Shown here: positions 14,401 to 29,100 of the stretch, one piece after another
How the letters are laid out: each line of letters begins with the position of its first letter
Position numbering within the stretch: the stretch's first letter is position 1
Source: Octopus bimaculoides
Taxonomy: Eukaryota
DNA: 64,000 bases
Assembly: GCF_001194135.2 (NCBI RefSeq)
Contig: NC_068993.1
Location: 44,769,531 to 44,833,530, forward strand
Reading direction: 5' to 3'
The notes under the pieces: model-generated
The model's database searches: none
What the model was told of the DNA's origin: nothing
Seen by the model: only the letters and a program-made list of their open reading frames with translations
Position numbers and translations under genes: made by a program

Positions 14401-17400
14401 CCAAGTGGAAGGTGATATGGTGGTGCAATGGTAGAGAAATGGAAAGAATCGCAGTTGAGGAGCAGAGAACGATAATCAAGTGGTTAGAAGAAAAACTGAA
14501 ATTAAGAGTTTACCAATGTTCTGTGATGTGAGGTATGAGGTGCTCCACATTGCGAAATAGTGTATCAGTACGAATCAGGACACTGTTGATGGAAAGTATT
14601 TAACTACTGATAGCCATATACTCCACCTCAGTGGTATTGAGAAGGAAGAGGAAACAGAAATGCTACAACACAAAGTTACTGAATGAGGAGAATTTGAAGG
14701 AAACAGAAGAACTAGAATCGTCCAAGTATACTCAATAAGGAAGCCAGCCACTGACAATGGAAAGAAACCATTAAGAACATGAAGGTAGGGAAAGTATCCA
14801 GAAGTGAAAGTATCCAGATGCATGGCCTAATGGTTAGGGTGTAGCACCATAAGTTTCGATTCCTGGAATGGGCAGTGTATTGTGTTCTTGAGCAAAACAC
14901 TGTTTCATGTTGCTTCAGTCCACTCAGTTGTGAATGAGTAATCCTGTGATGGACTGGTGTCCAGTTCAGAGGGGAATGTTGTGATCTCAGTCACTTGTAT
15001 GACAAGGAAACTGGGTAACTGGCCCTGTAAGTTTTGAGGTCTTGATAAAATAAACATAGCTAAGGCAGAAGTTTTAATTAGCAAGAAAGACAAGACTCTG
15101 CTACTATCATGGAAGGTGGCCATGCTTGATATGCAGAAAAGTATGTAGAGATTCCATATGCTGCTCTCAGTACTATGGGTGTGTGTACAAGATATTCAGT
15201 GGGATCACAGACTGGCTGATAGAAAAGAAGGGCTTTGTATGTAGCAGATATGCAAGAGTAAGCAGTCAATGCATAATCCCCATTATCATTTTTTTATGTC
15301 TATTTTCTCCTGTTTACATGTTGCAGTCACTTGTCATATCTCCTAAGATTAACCACCATCACTTCTTCCCATATCTTTGTTAGACTTTTTCTTCCACAGG
15401 CTTTTTTCACTTGATTCTCTTAGCAATTCTTTACTCATCTATTATCCCCCATATACATCATGCTTATGTCAGTGCAGTGTTCTGTTTTGCCTTATTATAT
15501 CTGATTACTTTTACACCAGATAATGTTCCTTTCAATCCATTTTCCTCAGATGTGCTTCTTAGCTGTTATAGCTCGCTTAATTTCCTGCAGTAAAAAGTCT
15601 CTTTATAAATTTCCTACTGTCTCCTCCTCCATATACACATCACCTACAATCTCTCTGAATCTTTATGTCAAACAGAGGGATCTTTCAGTTTCCCCATTTT
15701 CATATATATCTAGGTTTGTCTAGCTCTTACTCTGGTGTCACTAATCATTAACCTATGTTGAGTGGTATATGAAAGATAATTCATAACCAGTTGCCTATCC
15801 AATTTCCTGGACAGTATGAAATCTATCTAGCTTACATGTTCACTTGATTAAAAGATGATCAAGTAGCAAGTTAGTTTCCTGGAGTTAATGTTGTAAATGG
15901 TTAGGTCATTTACATTACAAAATTCCAAGAGCCTTGATTTCTCTCCATTTCTTGTACTGTGCCCATTAGCCACTATATATGTCAGAGTTGTCAGTATGGT
16001 GCTGCCCTACATAACCATTAAAATCACCAGATTGCTGCCATTTAATATGAAGAAGATCTGCAAGAGCGTTTCATAGAAACATATTTTGACTCATTGAATA
16101 AATTCTCTCAAATGTTTGGAGGTTTCCATAGAAGTAATTGATAGCTTCTGTAACCAAGGTGACAAAATTGACAGTGGAGGAAGGTGATCTGAAAACTTAG
16201 TAGTTAGAATAAGAATTAGATGTAAAACAGCAAGTGAGCTGTTACTGCTGCTAGTATCAAAGGGATTTCCTACGCAAGGGATTAGCATATTGTGTGATGC
16301 TTACATATCAAACGGTGTTGCATTGGTAGCAAAAGATGACCAGTGAATGCAGAAGATGTGTTTGGGGGCAGGAAAGAAATGAGACAAGAACAATCTGTTG
16401 GATGGATAAGGGTAGTGGGAATAAATGACAGAGTGGAAATTAGCTGAAAGAAAAAGTGAATCTAAGAGGAATCAACTGAAGTAATCAAGGGAGCAGACAG
16501 AACAGGTACAGACAAATGGAGATGATATGCAAGTTAAATGAGGGTGTGTCAAGTATTCCAAATAGAAGAAAAAAAAAAAACTGCAGAAGAATTCCAAAGA
16601 AAACAGGGGAAAGAGTGGCAAGGGGTGATCTCGGGGTGCTGAACCTCCCAATGGAGATGAAAAAGAACTGCAACAAGTCATAAAACATTAGAGTGGAGAA
16701 AATACATACAGGCCTTGCAAGCATAGAAAAACAGATGTAATGATGATGACAATATCTACGATCTTTTGTGGAAATGAAATGTAGATAATATTTCCAAAGT
16801 TTAAAAAAAAGGAAAAAAAACAAAACAATCTGTCATCCAATTAATGCAGGTTGTTGAACAGTCACCACAAGTCATAAAATATAACCATGCAAAATAGGAC
16901 AATGAACAGATAAATAAATGAAAAAAAAAACATAACATCAACAACAAAAGATGTGTGTGTGTGTGATGTGACACAATGACATTACTGTTATTTCACAATA
17001 GAGTCACATAAATGTAGCAGATTTGGTTGATGGAGAAAGATAGGAAATAAAGTGGAAATATATTTAGAAATTAAAAAGGCTGAAATGTAATGGTGGTTGT
17101 TGTTAAGTTCACATTATTCCAGACTGAACAGACCTATAATCAAAACTGCTCCAGTATGACCATCCTGTTCATCTCTTGAGCATTGCATATCTAGCCCTCT
17201 ATGTTCCCCTATATTTTTATAACAGATATAGAAGCTGAAATCTCAGAGAATAAGGACATGATGGAAAACATGTGCCAGTCTCTTCAATAGCACAGTCTTA
17301 CCCGTGCTTTTATAAGCAAATGGGCTGCTACAAAATGTGGGGAAAACATCAATTAGCTGTGACAAAAAAAAAAAAGAAGGCCATGGAAAGATCCATTCTG

Positions 17401-20400
17401 GGAATATCATGTCCGAAACAAAGTAATTCAATAATGGAATGGAGTGAGCATGATTGCAGAACACTGAAAGTACCAGTACTGCTAGGCTAGACATGTCACA
17501 TCGTTTACAGACAACAGGTGGACCTGTGCAGTATCCAAGAGATCGGAAATGGCCATGCAGAGCCCCTACCTACTCCCTGAAGACATTAAGCTAAGATGGA
17601 AAAGAAGGGTGCAATAAAAAAAGAATTTAAAGCACATAGTGACCAGCGGTGTATAAAAACATCTGATAATCTGGTTGATACAGTGTTTAATTTGACAGAG
17701 AATTGACTGCCATTTCCAGCAAGTAGAGTTACCATAGAGAGGTAGCCTTTTTAATTATTGAGATATTACTTGCCACTGTTGTGAGGGTTAGGAGTTGAAA
17801 ACCTAGCAGTGTTTGAGTGGGCAAGAGGAAGAAGATAAAAGGAGGAGGAGGAGAAATAAAAAGACACAAAATAATATAACAATGACTAGTTAATAGGAAA
17901 ACTGGATTGTGTAAAATACATTGTTGGATATTTGTCAAAATGAAGTCAAGAAAGTCAGTTACAAAGTTAATTGGTTAAATATTTACAGACTATGCTTTAC
18001 TAATATGCAATATCACATTTTCACACAACTACCCCACTTTTTTGGTCTTTAAGGCAGGAATGAAGGTTTTCCAATCCTCTCTGTCCTGGGGGAGATGACT
18101 CTGGAAGTTCCACTATATACAGGGTGTCCACAAAGTCTGTGTACATGGGGATTAACATACATTAAGAAATTCTTTCTTTCTTATATCTAATTGTTTATGT
18201 TATGATTTTATTTACTCCATGTATCCCCATGGGGATTAACACATACTTTAAGAAATTATTATTTCTTATATCTAATTGTTTATGTTATGATTTTATTTAC
18301 TCCATGTACCCAGACTTTGTGGACACCCTGTACAATTGTGTAGACTTGTTTTGTTACTGTTTCTGTAACAAAGCTATTATTACAAGGCTTGGTTGTTAGC
18401 ATGAAGGCATGTGGCCTAGTGATTATTGCACTCATAATCACAAAATTGTGGTTTCAATTCCCAGACTGGATGGAGCATTGTTCTCTTGAGCAAAACACTA
18501 TTTCATGTTGCTCCAGTTCACTCAGCTGTAAATGAGAAATCCTGTGACACACTGGTATCTTGTTCAACAGGAATGTTGTGATCTTGGCTGCTTATATGCC
18601 ATGCAAACTGGGCAATCAGTTTTATGACTCCTAGGACTAGGAGCTGATGATGATGGTGATGTTAACCCTGTATCCAATCCCTAAACCTGGAGAGCCAGTG
18701 GATCAAACTCTGAAGTTGCATCAATATGAAGAGGGCATCTGGAATACAGCAAGCTGGCAGAATCTTTAGCATGCTGGGCAAAATGCCACCAAGCATTTTG
18801 CCTGACTTTATGTTCTGAGTTCAAATGTTGCCATGGTTGATTTTGTCTTGTATCTTTTATGGGTTGATAAAATAAGTACCAGTTGAATACTGGGTCAATC
18901 TAATCGACTTAACCCCCTGCCCCGAAATTGATGGCCTTGTGCCAAAATTTGAAACCAATATGTAGAGATCATCTGTGGTGACCATCCCTCATCTCATCCA
19001 GTTATTGAGGAAAAACACCAACATTTACCTCTACTACCTGACTGTCCATGTAAGTGATTAGCATGTGCCCTAACTCTACATCATTGGATATTTTTAGTGT
19101 CTCAGTAACTATCTCAGATGGTCTGGTTGGCTTCTCTTTCTTCATATCCTTAGATACTATCAAACTTCACAGCTGGATGGAGTTACTTGGGGTAGTCCCT
19201 ATCTCCCTTACACATTCTCCATATTCAGCAACCTTTCATACGGTTTGAAGTGGATTTTCTATGGCTTGATGCCTTTCCTATCATCAACCCTCACCTGTTA
19301 CTAAGTAAGCTAATATTTCTCAATGACTAAATGTGTTTTTACAGAAGTTTGAAAATGAAGAACAGCACTTGCATGATGGTGACATTCATTTACAACTACC
19401 CACTATCAGTAGCATCCTATGAATTTCAAATTTGTGTCATCACAAGTCTAAGGCAGCTCAAAAGTGCACAAACTCAGCCTAGGACAGGATTCTTTAACCA
19501 GACTAACCTTCACCACCAACCTATGCACAAATACACTCACAAATATAGAGTGCATATATCTGGGTTTTAGCACATGCTATAAGAAATGACTGAAAGAGCT
19601 GGCATCACGATGGGCATATCCTAACTGTAAAATACTACCTTAACAAAAAAAAAAAAAACCTATTCCAACCCATACCAGCATGGAAAAGAAGATGTAAAAT
19701 GATGATGGCATATTTGTGGTTACATTAATACGTGCATCATTTCTCAAAATTCAAGTAGGACATATTCTCTGTATTATAAATTTATAGAACACATACAAAG
19801 TGCTTAGTAGTTGTGTATAAATTGTTTTCAGTGTTCTCTACTTGCTATTATATATATTATTATTGTATCTTCTTTTTCTTCTATCCTTTTACTTGTTTCA
19901 GATACTGTAAGTGCCCCATCATACGAGGGCACTCACAGCCTTTGAAGGGTTTTAGTCAGACAAATTGACTCAAGCTTGGTCTATCAGATTTTTCTTTCTA
20001 AACTGCTAAGTTATAGAGAACAAACAAACACAAACAGGTGCAAGATTGGTTGTGTGATAGAAGTTTGCTTCCTATCCACATGGTTCCAGGTTTAGTCCCA
20101 ATGCATGGCATCTTGGGCAAGTGTCTACTACTATAGTCCCAGGCCAACCAAAGTCTTATGAGTGGATTTGGTAGACAGAATCTTAAAGAAGACCATTACA
20201 CACACACACACCTATGCCTGTGTGTCTTTGTGCTTGTCCCCAGCCATCCCCTTACAACCACTGCTGGTTTGTTTACATTCCTGTCGTTTAGTATTCAGCA
20301 AAAGAGTCCAATAGAATAAGTACCAGGCTTTAAAAAAAATAATAATTACTAGAGTTGATTTGTTCAACAAAAAACCCTTCAAGGCAGTGCCCCAGAATGA

Positions 20401-23400
20401 CCACAGTCCAATGATTGAAACAAGTAAAAGATAAAACACACAAAAAAAGACACTATGGACTTCCATATGGTTTCTGTCTTCCAATTCTCTCACAACACAC
20501 TGGTTGGCCTGGGACTATAGTAAGAGACAATTGCCCAAGGCAGCATGCAGTGGAACTGTGTGGTTGCAAAACAAGCTTCTTAACCACAAAGCCTTCCTCT
20601 GTCTTATTGTCTTCACTGGAATACCTTTAGTTATAAGACTGCTTAGTCATCTGGATTGACCCAGGGTTAAACAAAAATATTAAGCATGGTGATACACAAT
20701 GCTTAAATACAAAAAAAAAAAAAAAAAAAAAAAATCGCTGGTCATGGAGTTGAATGTCTTGATCACAGGTCTATTAAATCACAGCTGGCTCAGGGTTAAA
20801 CAACAATAATTCCATATACAGACAATATGACAGGAATTAAACTGAGTGCTAACATTAGTCTGTCTTCTGTATTTATGTTCTAAACGTACAAATATGCTCT
20901 TCAGTCACCTCTTGCTTCGCAAAAATTTAATCACACATACACACACAATTACATTACTTGTGTGTTAACAAGGTTTTTGTTTCTTTGCTATAAAATACTA
21001 CAGAACGTCTCAAGAAATATTTTTAGCCAACACTGTTACAACTATTGTAAACATTTTGTCTGCTCATCTAAAATATGAGTTGTCAGGTTGCTAAGAAACC
21101 TGTTCTACTCTGGCCCCTTTCTCTTGCACTCCCATCTTTACTCCTTGCATAAAGTTGCCCTGTCAGGGTTCATAATCTTACAAGTTGCATGGTAACCTCA
21201 CTAGAGCTTGTGGCAAAAAAAAAAAAAAAAAAAAAAAAGCTTCCAGTTATATGCTGTAAAGTGGTTGGCATTAAGGACATCCAACTGCAGAAACCATGTC
21301 AAACCAGGCATTGGAGTATGATGAAGTCCCTGGGCCCATTGGATCTTGTCAATCTGTTTAACCCATGCAACATGGACATATGATGATGACGAATATGTGA
21401 GTGGATAGAAAAAGGGACACCTTGGTTAATGGCTGTGTACTATACTTAACTATTCAAACATATTGCACTATAACCTACCAGAAATTCAATATTTATTCAG
21501 TCAAGAAAGCGCATTAAAGATGCCAGTTTATCCAGTTTACTTCAGCCTCTAATATTACTAAGTTTATAAATGTAGTGTCATCATCATTTAATGTCTACTG
21601 TGCTTACATGGATAAGACAGAATTTGTTGAGGTAAATGTTTATGGCCAGATGCCCCTTCTGTGACCTACCCTCACCTGTTTCCAAGCAAGGGTGAATATT
21701 TCCCTATAGCCCGACAGGTTTGTCACAGAAGACTGGAAATGAACAACTTTAACCATCATGTGATGTCAAGACAAGGGTATATATACACACACACACACAC
21801 ACACACATCAAGCTTCTTTCAGTTTCTGTCAACAAAATCCACTTACAAGGCTTTTGGCAGGCCTGGAATTAAAGTAGAAGACAATTGCCCAAGGTGCAAT
21901 ACAGTGGGACAGAACCCAAGACAAGATGGTTGGGGAGCAACCTTCTTAACCACACAGCTACACCTACGGAATGTGTAGATGAATTGTTTACAATTGTTGC
22001 AACACACAACATCAGCTGATAGCTAATAAACCTGTAAACAATAGTAACCAGACACGGGATTTTGATGCAAATTTTCTTAATTTTTTCGTTTCTTTTAGTT
22101 TGAAATTTCAAAATTCATAAAACTGAAATGCTTTCCCATAAATTGCCTAACATGCCAAAGTTTAAATTTAAATTCAAACAAATGAAAAATAACATTACGA
22201 TATATGTTTACACTCAATTTGCCACTACCCTGTGTTTCTTTATGAACAGCTACTCAGTTTTATCATTTTAAAATTTAAAATATATATAAAAAACAAACAA
22301 CCCCCAAAACACAGACTCCACACTTCAACTTAGATAAAAAAAAACCCTCAAAAATCTACCCATGACGAGAGGATTTAAAATACATACCTGTTTTGGCAGT
22401 AGTGTTTCCAAATAGACTAGTATTGTTCATATTTGTTCCAAATGTAGTGCCAGTGCCTGCATTTCCAAACAAACTACCCTGATTATTGAATGGGGTACCA
22501 AAACACCTGTGTTGACCAAGAGTGTTTGTACCAAGACCAATATTGGGTGGTCCAGCTGAAAATATAAAAATAAATATTAGATGACATCTTGAGTGACAAA
22601 TCGTAGCAGTATACTGTATTTATATTGTGAAACTATGCTTACATATCTCTGATGCTTGCAATGTGCATGTATATCTTTACATTGTTTCAAATTGACCTTT
22701 GACCACACCCTCATTTTTATTCACTCTTATGCACCTACTTCTCATTCTCCTTTATACTCTTGCACCCATTACCACCTCATTGACCTATCTCTCACCTCAA
22801 CTCATCTATTGTAGTATTCTACTGCTCATCCTTTCTGTACAGCCAGCTAGATCAGTGTTTCCTGCATTAAGTCTGGAATCCAGACAATTGAAGAAAACCA
22901 TCAAGGAGAAAGGCATTGCTGAAACTAGCCCAAGTGGCTATGGTTGATAAGAGTCTGCAAATGGAACCCTTCTGAAGATGAAGACTAGTTCAGTCCTTGC
23001 TGCCCCACTCAGGTGAATGAAGCATACCGAGCTAAGAGGCAAAACGCATGCAACTCAAGACACCTGCTGACAATAAGGGTTTTCAGCATTACAATGGACT
23101 TAGAAGAGCTCACAAAACCCCTGAGTAGCTCCTGCAGTTTCTGCATGGGATAAAGCATCTCTGCTGTTTATTTCATCTAAAAGGAAAAAAGTAGTTGAGT
23201 ATAGTGATACTTACAAGGAGCCTGTTGGTTACGACTAAGAGCAGCGGCAAGAGCAATTGCAGTGGTGCTGGGGAACCCTGTGAAGGGGTTTGGTCCTTGC
23301 TGAGATTCAATGCCGGGAATCTCCAAACGTTTTGTTAACTTCCGTTTGCTTTCAAACACATCTTTCGTGTCTCCGAGGAATATACGTCGATAATTCAGGT

Positions 23401-25761
23401 ATTTCTCTTTTAAAGTCTACAGAACCAGAAAACAAAGACAGGATGGTTAGAAGAAAAGCTTTGTTATGAAGAGACTACATTACATAGAATATGACTAGCA
23501 TATATAGGAGGAACAGCTGATAAACATAGACAGTAAAACGTTTTAGATAACATTTTAAACAAGAATATAAAACATCGGACTGATCGGTAAATGTTCATTA
23601 AGCTGACCTGTTGCATTTATTACCCAAACGTCAGCATAGGTGTGGCCGTGTGATTAAGACACTTGCTTCGCAATCATGAGATCTTGGGTTCAGTTCTATT
23701 GTACAGCACTTAGGTTAAGTGGCTTCTACTATAGTCCTGAGCTGACCAAAACCTTGTGAGTGGAAATTGAAAGAAGGTTGTTGTGTGGGTGTTAGTATAT
23801 AACCTTGTCTAAGCAATACAGGGTTGTTGTAAATGAGCAACAACATCATCATCAGAGAAGTGAGGTTGATAGCTCCCAGTCTTCTATTAAAAAAAAAAAG
23901 GAAAACCTCTCTGGCTGTAGTAAATCTACCTCAACAAATTCCATCTAACCCATGCAAGCATGAGAAATTGGACATTGAATGGTGAGGATGGTTACAGCTA
24001 GCAGTTGTTAAAATAGTTCCAGCTAGCAACGTACCACTATCTTTGCAGAAACTAACACATCATCCCTGTTGTATCTTATTCCTGAAACCCCATATCGAAC
24101 ACTTTTACCTATCCTGCCTCCCGAGAACCACAACTCTCTGGAACTCAACCTCTCTGGTCATGTTTTCTTTACAGACATCAACAAGTTCATCATCATTTTA
24201 TTGCCCACTTTCCCATGCTTGCATGAGTCAGACAGAATTAGTTGAGGCAGCTTTCTATGGACAAATGCTCTTCCTGTTGCCAATCCTCACCTATTTCCAA
24301 GCAAGGTAATATTTCCCCAGGACCAGACATGTGCTTTATAGAAGACTGGATGTGAACAACACTGCTACTGGTATGATGATAACGTTCATTTACAATCTTC
24401 ATGCGATATCAAGACAATGGGACACACAAACATGCATCCACACATATATACACATACATCTACCTATCTATATGTACAGTTAAATGAGAGAGGGAGGGGT
24501 GAGGACAAAAGGATAAAAAGGAAACACAGGTAAGTTATTCACACAATGCAATTGGAGTTAATAATCAAACAAGACATAGCTTACTTTTACAGATTCATGA
24601 ACTTGGTGAAAGTGGGCTGCAAGTGCAAGGAAATTTTCATGTGATTTGTGAAGCAACATTGTTAATTCTGAAATAGAATTTGACAACATTTATAAATTGT
24701 TATTGCAAATGTAGAGAAGGTAAGAAAAAAAAAGAAAGAAAACAAAAGCAGTTTCATATTTTTTGAATACATAAAATGAAAGGCTTATGAGATCAATAAT
24801 GTCCACTTTTTCATGCTTGCATGGATTGGACAGGATTTGATGAGACAAATCTTCTACATAGGGATGTCCTTCCTGTCATCAACCCTTACCCATCTCATGG
24901 TAAGGTAATATTTCCTCATGACCAGGCATGTTTTCACAAGACTGGAAGTGAAGGATACGGCTGTACAATGGTGATATTCATCTACAACTACCATGAAATT
25001 TCAAAATTAGGAGACGCCAACTTATTCTAGGAGTAAATATAACAACTCAAAAGTACAGCTACACAGATAATAAAGCTTTCACACAGGATCTCGCTCTCTT
25101 GGAAACATTCACCCAGCTGTAAATAGATGATACAGTTTTTTTTGCTATAAGAAAGAGAGAATACTGTTTAATTCAGTATGTTGCAGTTCTAGAGAAGAAA
25201 GACAGTGTGAACCGTTTAGTGTAGGGGTTGGGAGACAGCCAAGATGAGTTAAGTAGGCCTGATTGGAGAGGGTATGTAGCTAACCACTTCAGATGAGCAG
25301 ATGTAAAATAAACGAACTGTAAGGGCACATCTGGTAAGGAAAAGTCAAGCAATAAAACAACCACTCCTGCAGGAAATGTATTAAAAAGGTATTGATTAAA
25401 TGGTATTGTCTTTTAATGTTCCTTTTCCACACTGGTATGGGTTGGATGGTTTGACAGGAACTAAGGAGTCTTAGGGCAGTGTCAAACTCCAGTGTCTACT
25501 CTGACATGGTTTTTAACCACTCGATGCCCTTCCTAATGCAAACTGCTTTAAAGAGTGTACTTGGTGCTTTTTATAGTATCAGCATTGGTAAGGACACTAA
25601 GTACTCACAAGACAAGACCCACTCCCCAAACTGAGTAGAGAGTAGTACTGAAGGATGTGAAAGCATGATAGAAGGACAGGAGTAGGTGTCCTGCTGAAGA
25701 GGTGAATATATGGTTTATCTGTCTGAAAGAGATGAAGATGTGAAGTCAAGGTATAAGTTAA

Positions 25762-25796
<35 letters not shown>

Positions 25797-26154
25797 GAGA
25801 TATAGTGAAAAGAGTGTGATAGATGATTAGAGAGGAGGACTCAGATGGACACAGTGAATATCAGTTTGGGGAAGGGGAAATGAAAAAAGAAATAAGAGTG
25901 GTTTGGGAAAGAAGATGTGATAAGGGACAATAGTAAGGATACAGTGTGAAAATTAGTTTTGTCTTTTTAATGACAGAAATAAAAATTAGAATAAGTGATA
26001 AAGTAGTAATGAAAGATATTAACCTTCAGGAGAGAGCCTACTTGGTTGATGTAGGGAAAGGATGTGACTCTCCAAGTTCTGGATTTCACCTTTATAGGCT
26101 TTCATCTGGATTTCAAAATCTTCAAAGAGACTCTGAAAATATCTAGAAAAGATG

Positions 26155-26186
<32 letters not shown>

Positions 26187-29100
26187 GTTTATTGTTTTCT
26201 TTACACAGACAATAAATCAAGAAATCATCTTTAGCATTGAAACTAGTCACATCAAGCATCTCACATTTACCCCACAATGTCATTCTAAAAATAACCAATC
26301 ACATTAGTGAAACCTCAAAGCTATGAGATAATGTGAACAAATAAGCATTACATTTGACAGATTAATTTGATTGCTAAAGGATTAAATAATTTCATTAAGT
26401 TAACAAAATGTGTTTATTAAAAGCCAACATAACACATAATATAATCACAGTTGATTAAAATTGTTACTCCCAATTACACCACCTCTAGTATATAGAAACA
26501 CCAGTTCGAGTCTAGTAGTAAAATGTTTATAGGCGAATAGGAGAGCAACAAATGGCTGAGTTGATAGAAAACTGATCAAATAGAAGAAAGATCAGATATA
26601 CACATCCGGTCATTTTGTCTCTCTCTCTCTCTCTGACAGACAAAGAATTGGCGATTAATGTAATAATAAAAATTGGCAAACAACAATCAAAATTTATTTA
26701 TTTTATTTTTTATTGTCTGGTTTGCTGATGTACAAGGGTGGCAGGAGAAATTATCCAAGTTTAAAAGGGGCTGACTGCCTACATTTGAAAGAGGAAATGG
26801 ATACAAATAAAGAAGGGGATACTTAACAAAAACTAGAACAGTAAATGAAATAAAGCAAAGTAAAAAAGAAAGCATATAAAATAAACAAATTTCCATCAAA
26901 TACCAGAAATTTCCAACAAACTAGCATAAAAGTGAAACTATGTTTAACAAAAAAAAAAAAAGAAGTAAAAAAAAAAACGAAGAAAAAACACCAACTTACT
27001 CAGTTGGGGCAACATTCTCGTCTTGAAGAACAGCAGACATATCTTCTGTTCGTTGACCCATTTCAGTATTTTTCAGTTCCTGCAAAAGAGTAGTAAATAT
27101 CAAAGCAAGTTAACAAACAGCTTAACATATATGGAATGTGTTGTATCCCTTTATAATATCCACTGTGTCACTTCAATTTAAAGATAGTAAGTAGAGTATG
27201 ATTTGAAAGAGATTTTGCTGCTATCTTTAGCAGACCAAGTGACCATATAAAGACATGATTGATTGCATTAAAGACAGCACTGAAAAAGCTAGGAGATTCA
27301 CTGAAATAGATGAAGGGCTTCAAGTGACATACCTGTACTGACTCTTTCTTCAGTTTTTCAATCAACACAGCATTCCTCTGTACACCATTAGACACACTTC
27401 CAAGGATCTGTCGCAATGCTGTTAGGTCTGTCTGTACCTTTATCATAGATTTTGTAGACATTCGAGAAATGTTTTCTCGTATAGCTTTCTCTGATTTTAT
27501 ATATTTTCTATAAAAACGACAAAAAAAGATGACAAAAAGAAAAGGTTAACAGGCTTTTAAATTAAAGAAAAAATAAACAAACAAAAACCAAAAACATTTT
27601 TAAACTGAAGAATTTTTCTATTTAAAAATGCAATTGATATTCTTATAACAAAGGTAGCATGCTGGGCAAGATGCTTAGCAGCATTTTGTTCATCTTTACT
27701 TTCTAAGTTCAAATTCTGCTGAGGTCAACTTCGTCTTTCATCCTTTTGGGGGGTCAATAAAATAAGTACCAGTTGAGTACTGGGGTCAATGTAATTGACT
27801 TAGTCTCTCCCTGGAGATTGTTGGCTTTGTGCCAAATTTTGAAACCAATATTCTTATTAAAACAAAGGTGGCAAACTGGCAGAATTGTAAGCAACTAGGA
27901 CAAAATTATTTAATGACATTTCCTTCTGACTCATTATGTTCCGAGTTCAAATTCAACCAAGGTCAGCTCTACCTTTCATCCTTTTGGAGGACAATAAAAA
28001 AAAGTACCAGTTGAACACTGACTGAGGTCAATGTAACAGACTTGTTCTGCACTCCCTAAAAATTTGCTGGCCTTGTGCCAAAATTTGAAACCAATATTCT
28101 TATTATAATATTTTCTATAAGATAGTCAGAGGATGGAGGCGAAAGCCTATGACCATTGCAGCCCACTCAGTAAACTGGTGAGATTAATATGGCTGATGGT
28201 CAAACGTGGTAGGGAAGAAAGCTAACAACAGAGTAAATTCACCCAACAAAATTAAATAGAAAAGAGGATCAGATCTACCATGTCTAGTATATTAGGAGTC
28301 AATGAGGAAGCCTCTACAACTTCACTCAATCTGCTTGAAACAACAGCCAAATCTTTCCCAAACCATACGTTATTGTCACATTTACAGAAACAAATTGCAA
28401 ATTTGGTTATGTGCATCTGGAAATTTTACAGATTTTACTATGGATTAAAAATGCAAGCTTGGTAATGAGGGTAGAATCTTTAGTTTTTAGGGAAATATTA
28501 AGAATAAAAAAAGTCCCTGAAAAACTTACTTTAGGGGTTCTACACAAACTAGCAGCTGCTGTGGTAATTGTGTTTCTTTCAAAACTTTGGAATTCCTTAA
28601 AAAATAGAAACATAAAAAACATAAGTTAAAACAACACAAAATTTACAGAATATAACTAGGTTCAAACTTGATAGAATTGGATTAAAAGATGTCTAGGTCT
28701 ATTCTATTCTATCGATATTTTATATTGTTTCAAACAAAACCTTTCTATGTTTCCAGTCAGGTTATAAATGTATACATGTATAAACAGGCATAGCTGTGAA
28801 GTGCAGGTGTAGCAGAGTAGTTAAGAAGTTTGCTTCTCAACCACATAGTCTTGGGTCCAGTCTCACTGCATAGCACCTTGGGTGAATGAATTCTATAACC
28901 TAAAGAAACTGAAAGAAGCCTGTTGTATATATTTATTTATATGTGTGTGTGTGCATGCAAATGTGTATGTTTGTATCTCTTGACATTGCTTAATAGCTGC
29001 AAAAGATTGTCATACAAGCAATGTCATTCATTTTCAATATTCTGCGAGAATATACAAAGGGAAATATTACCCTGCTCGTTAACAGGTGTGGGGTTGGTGA

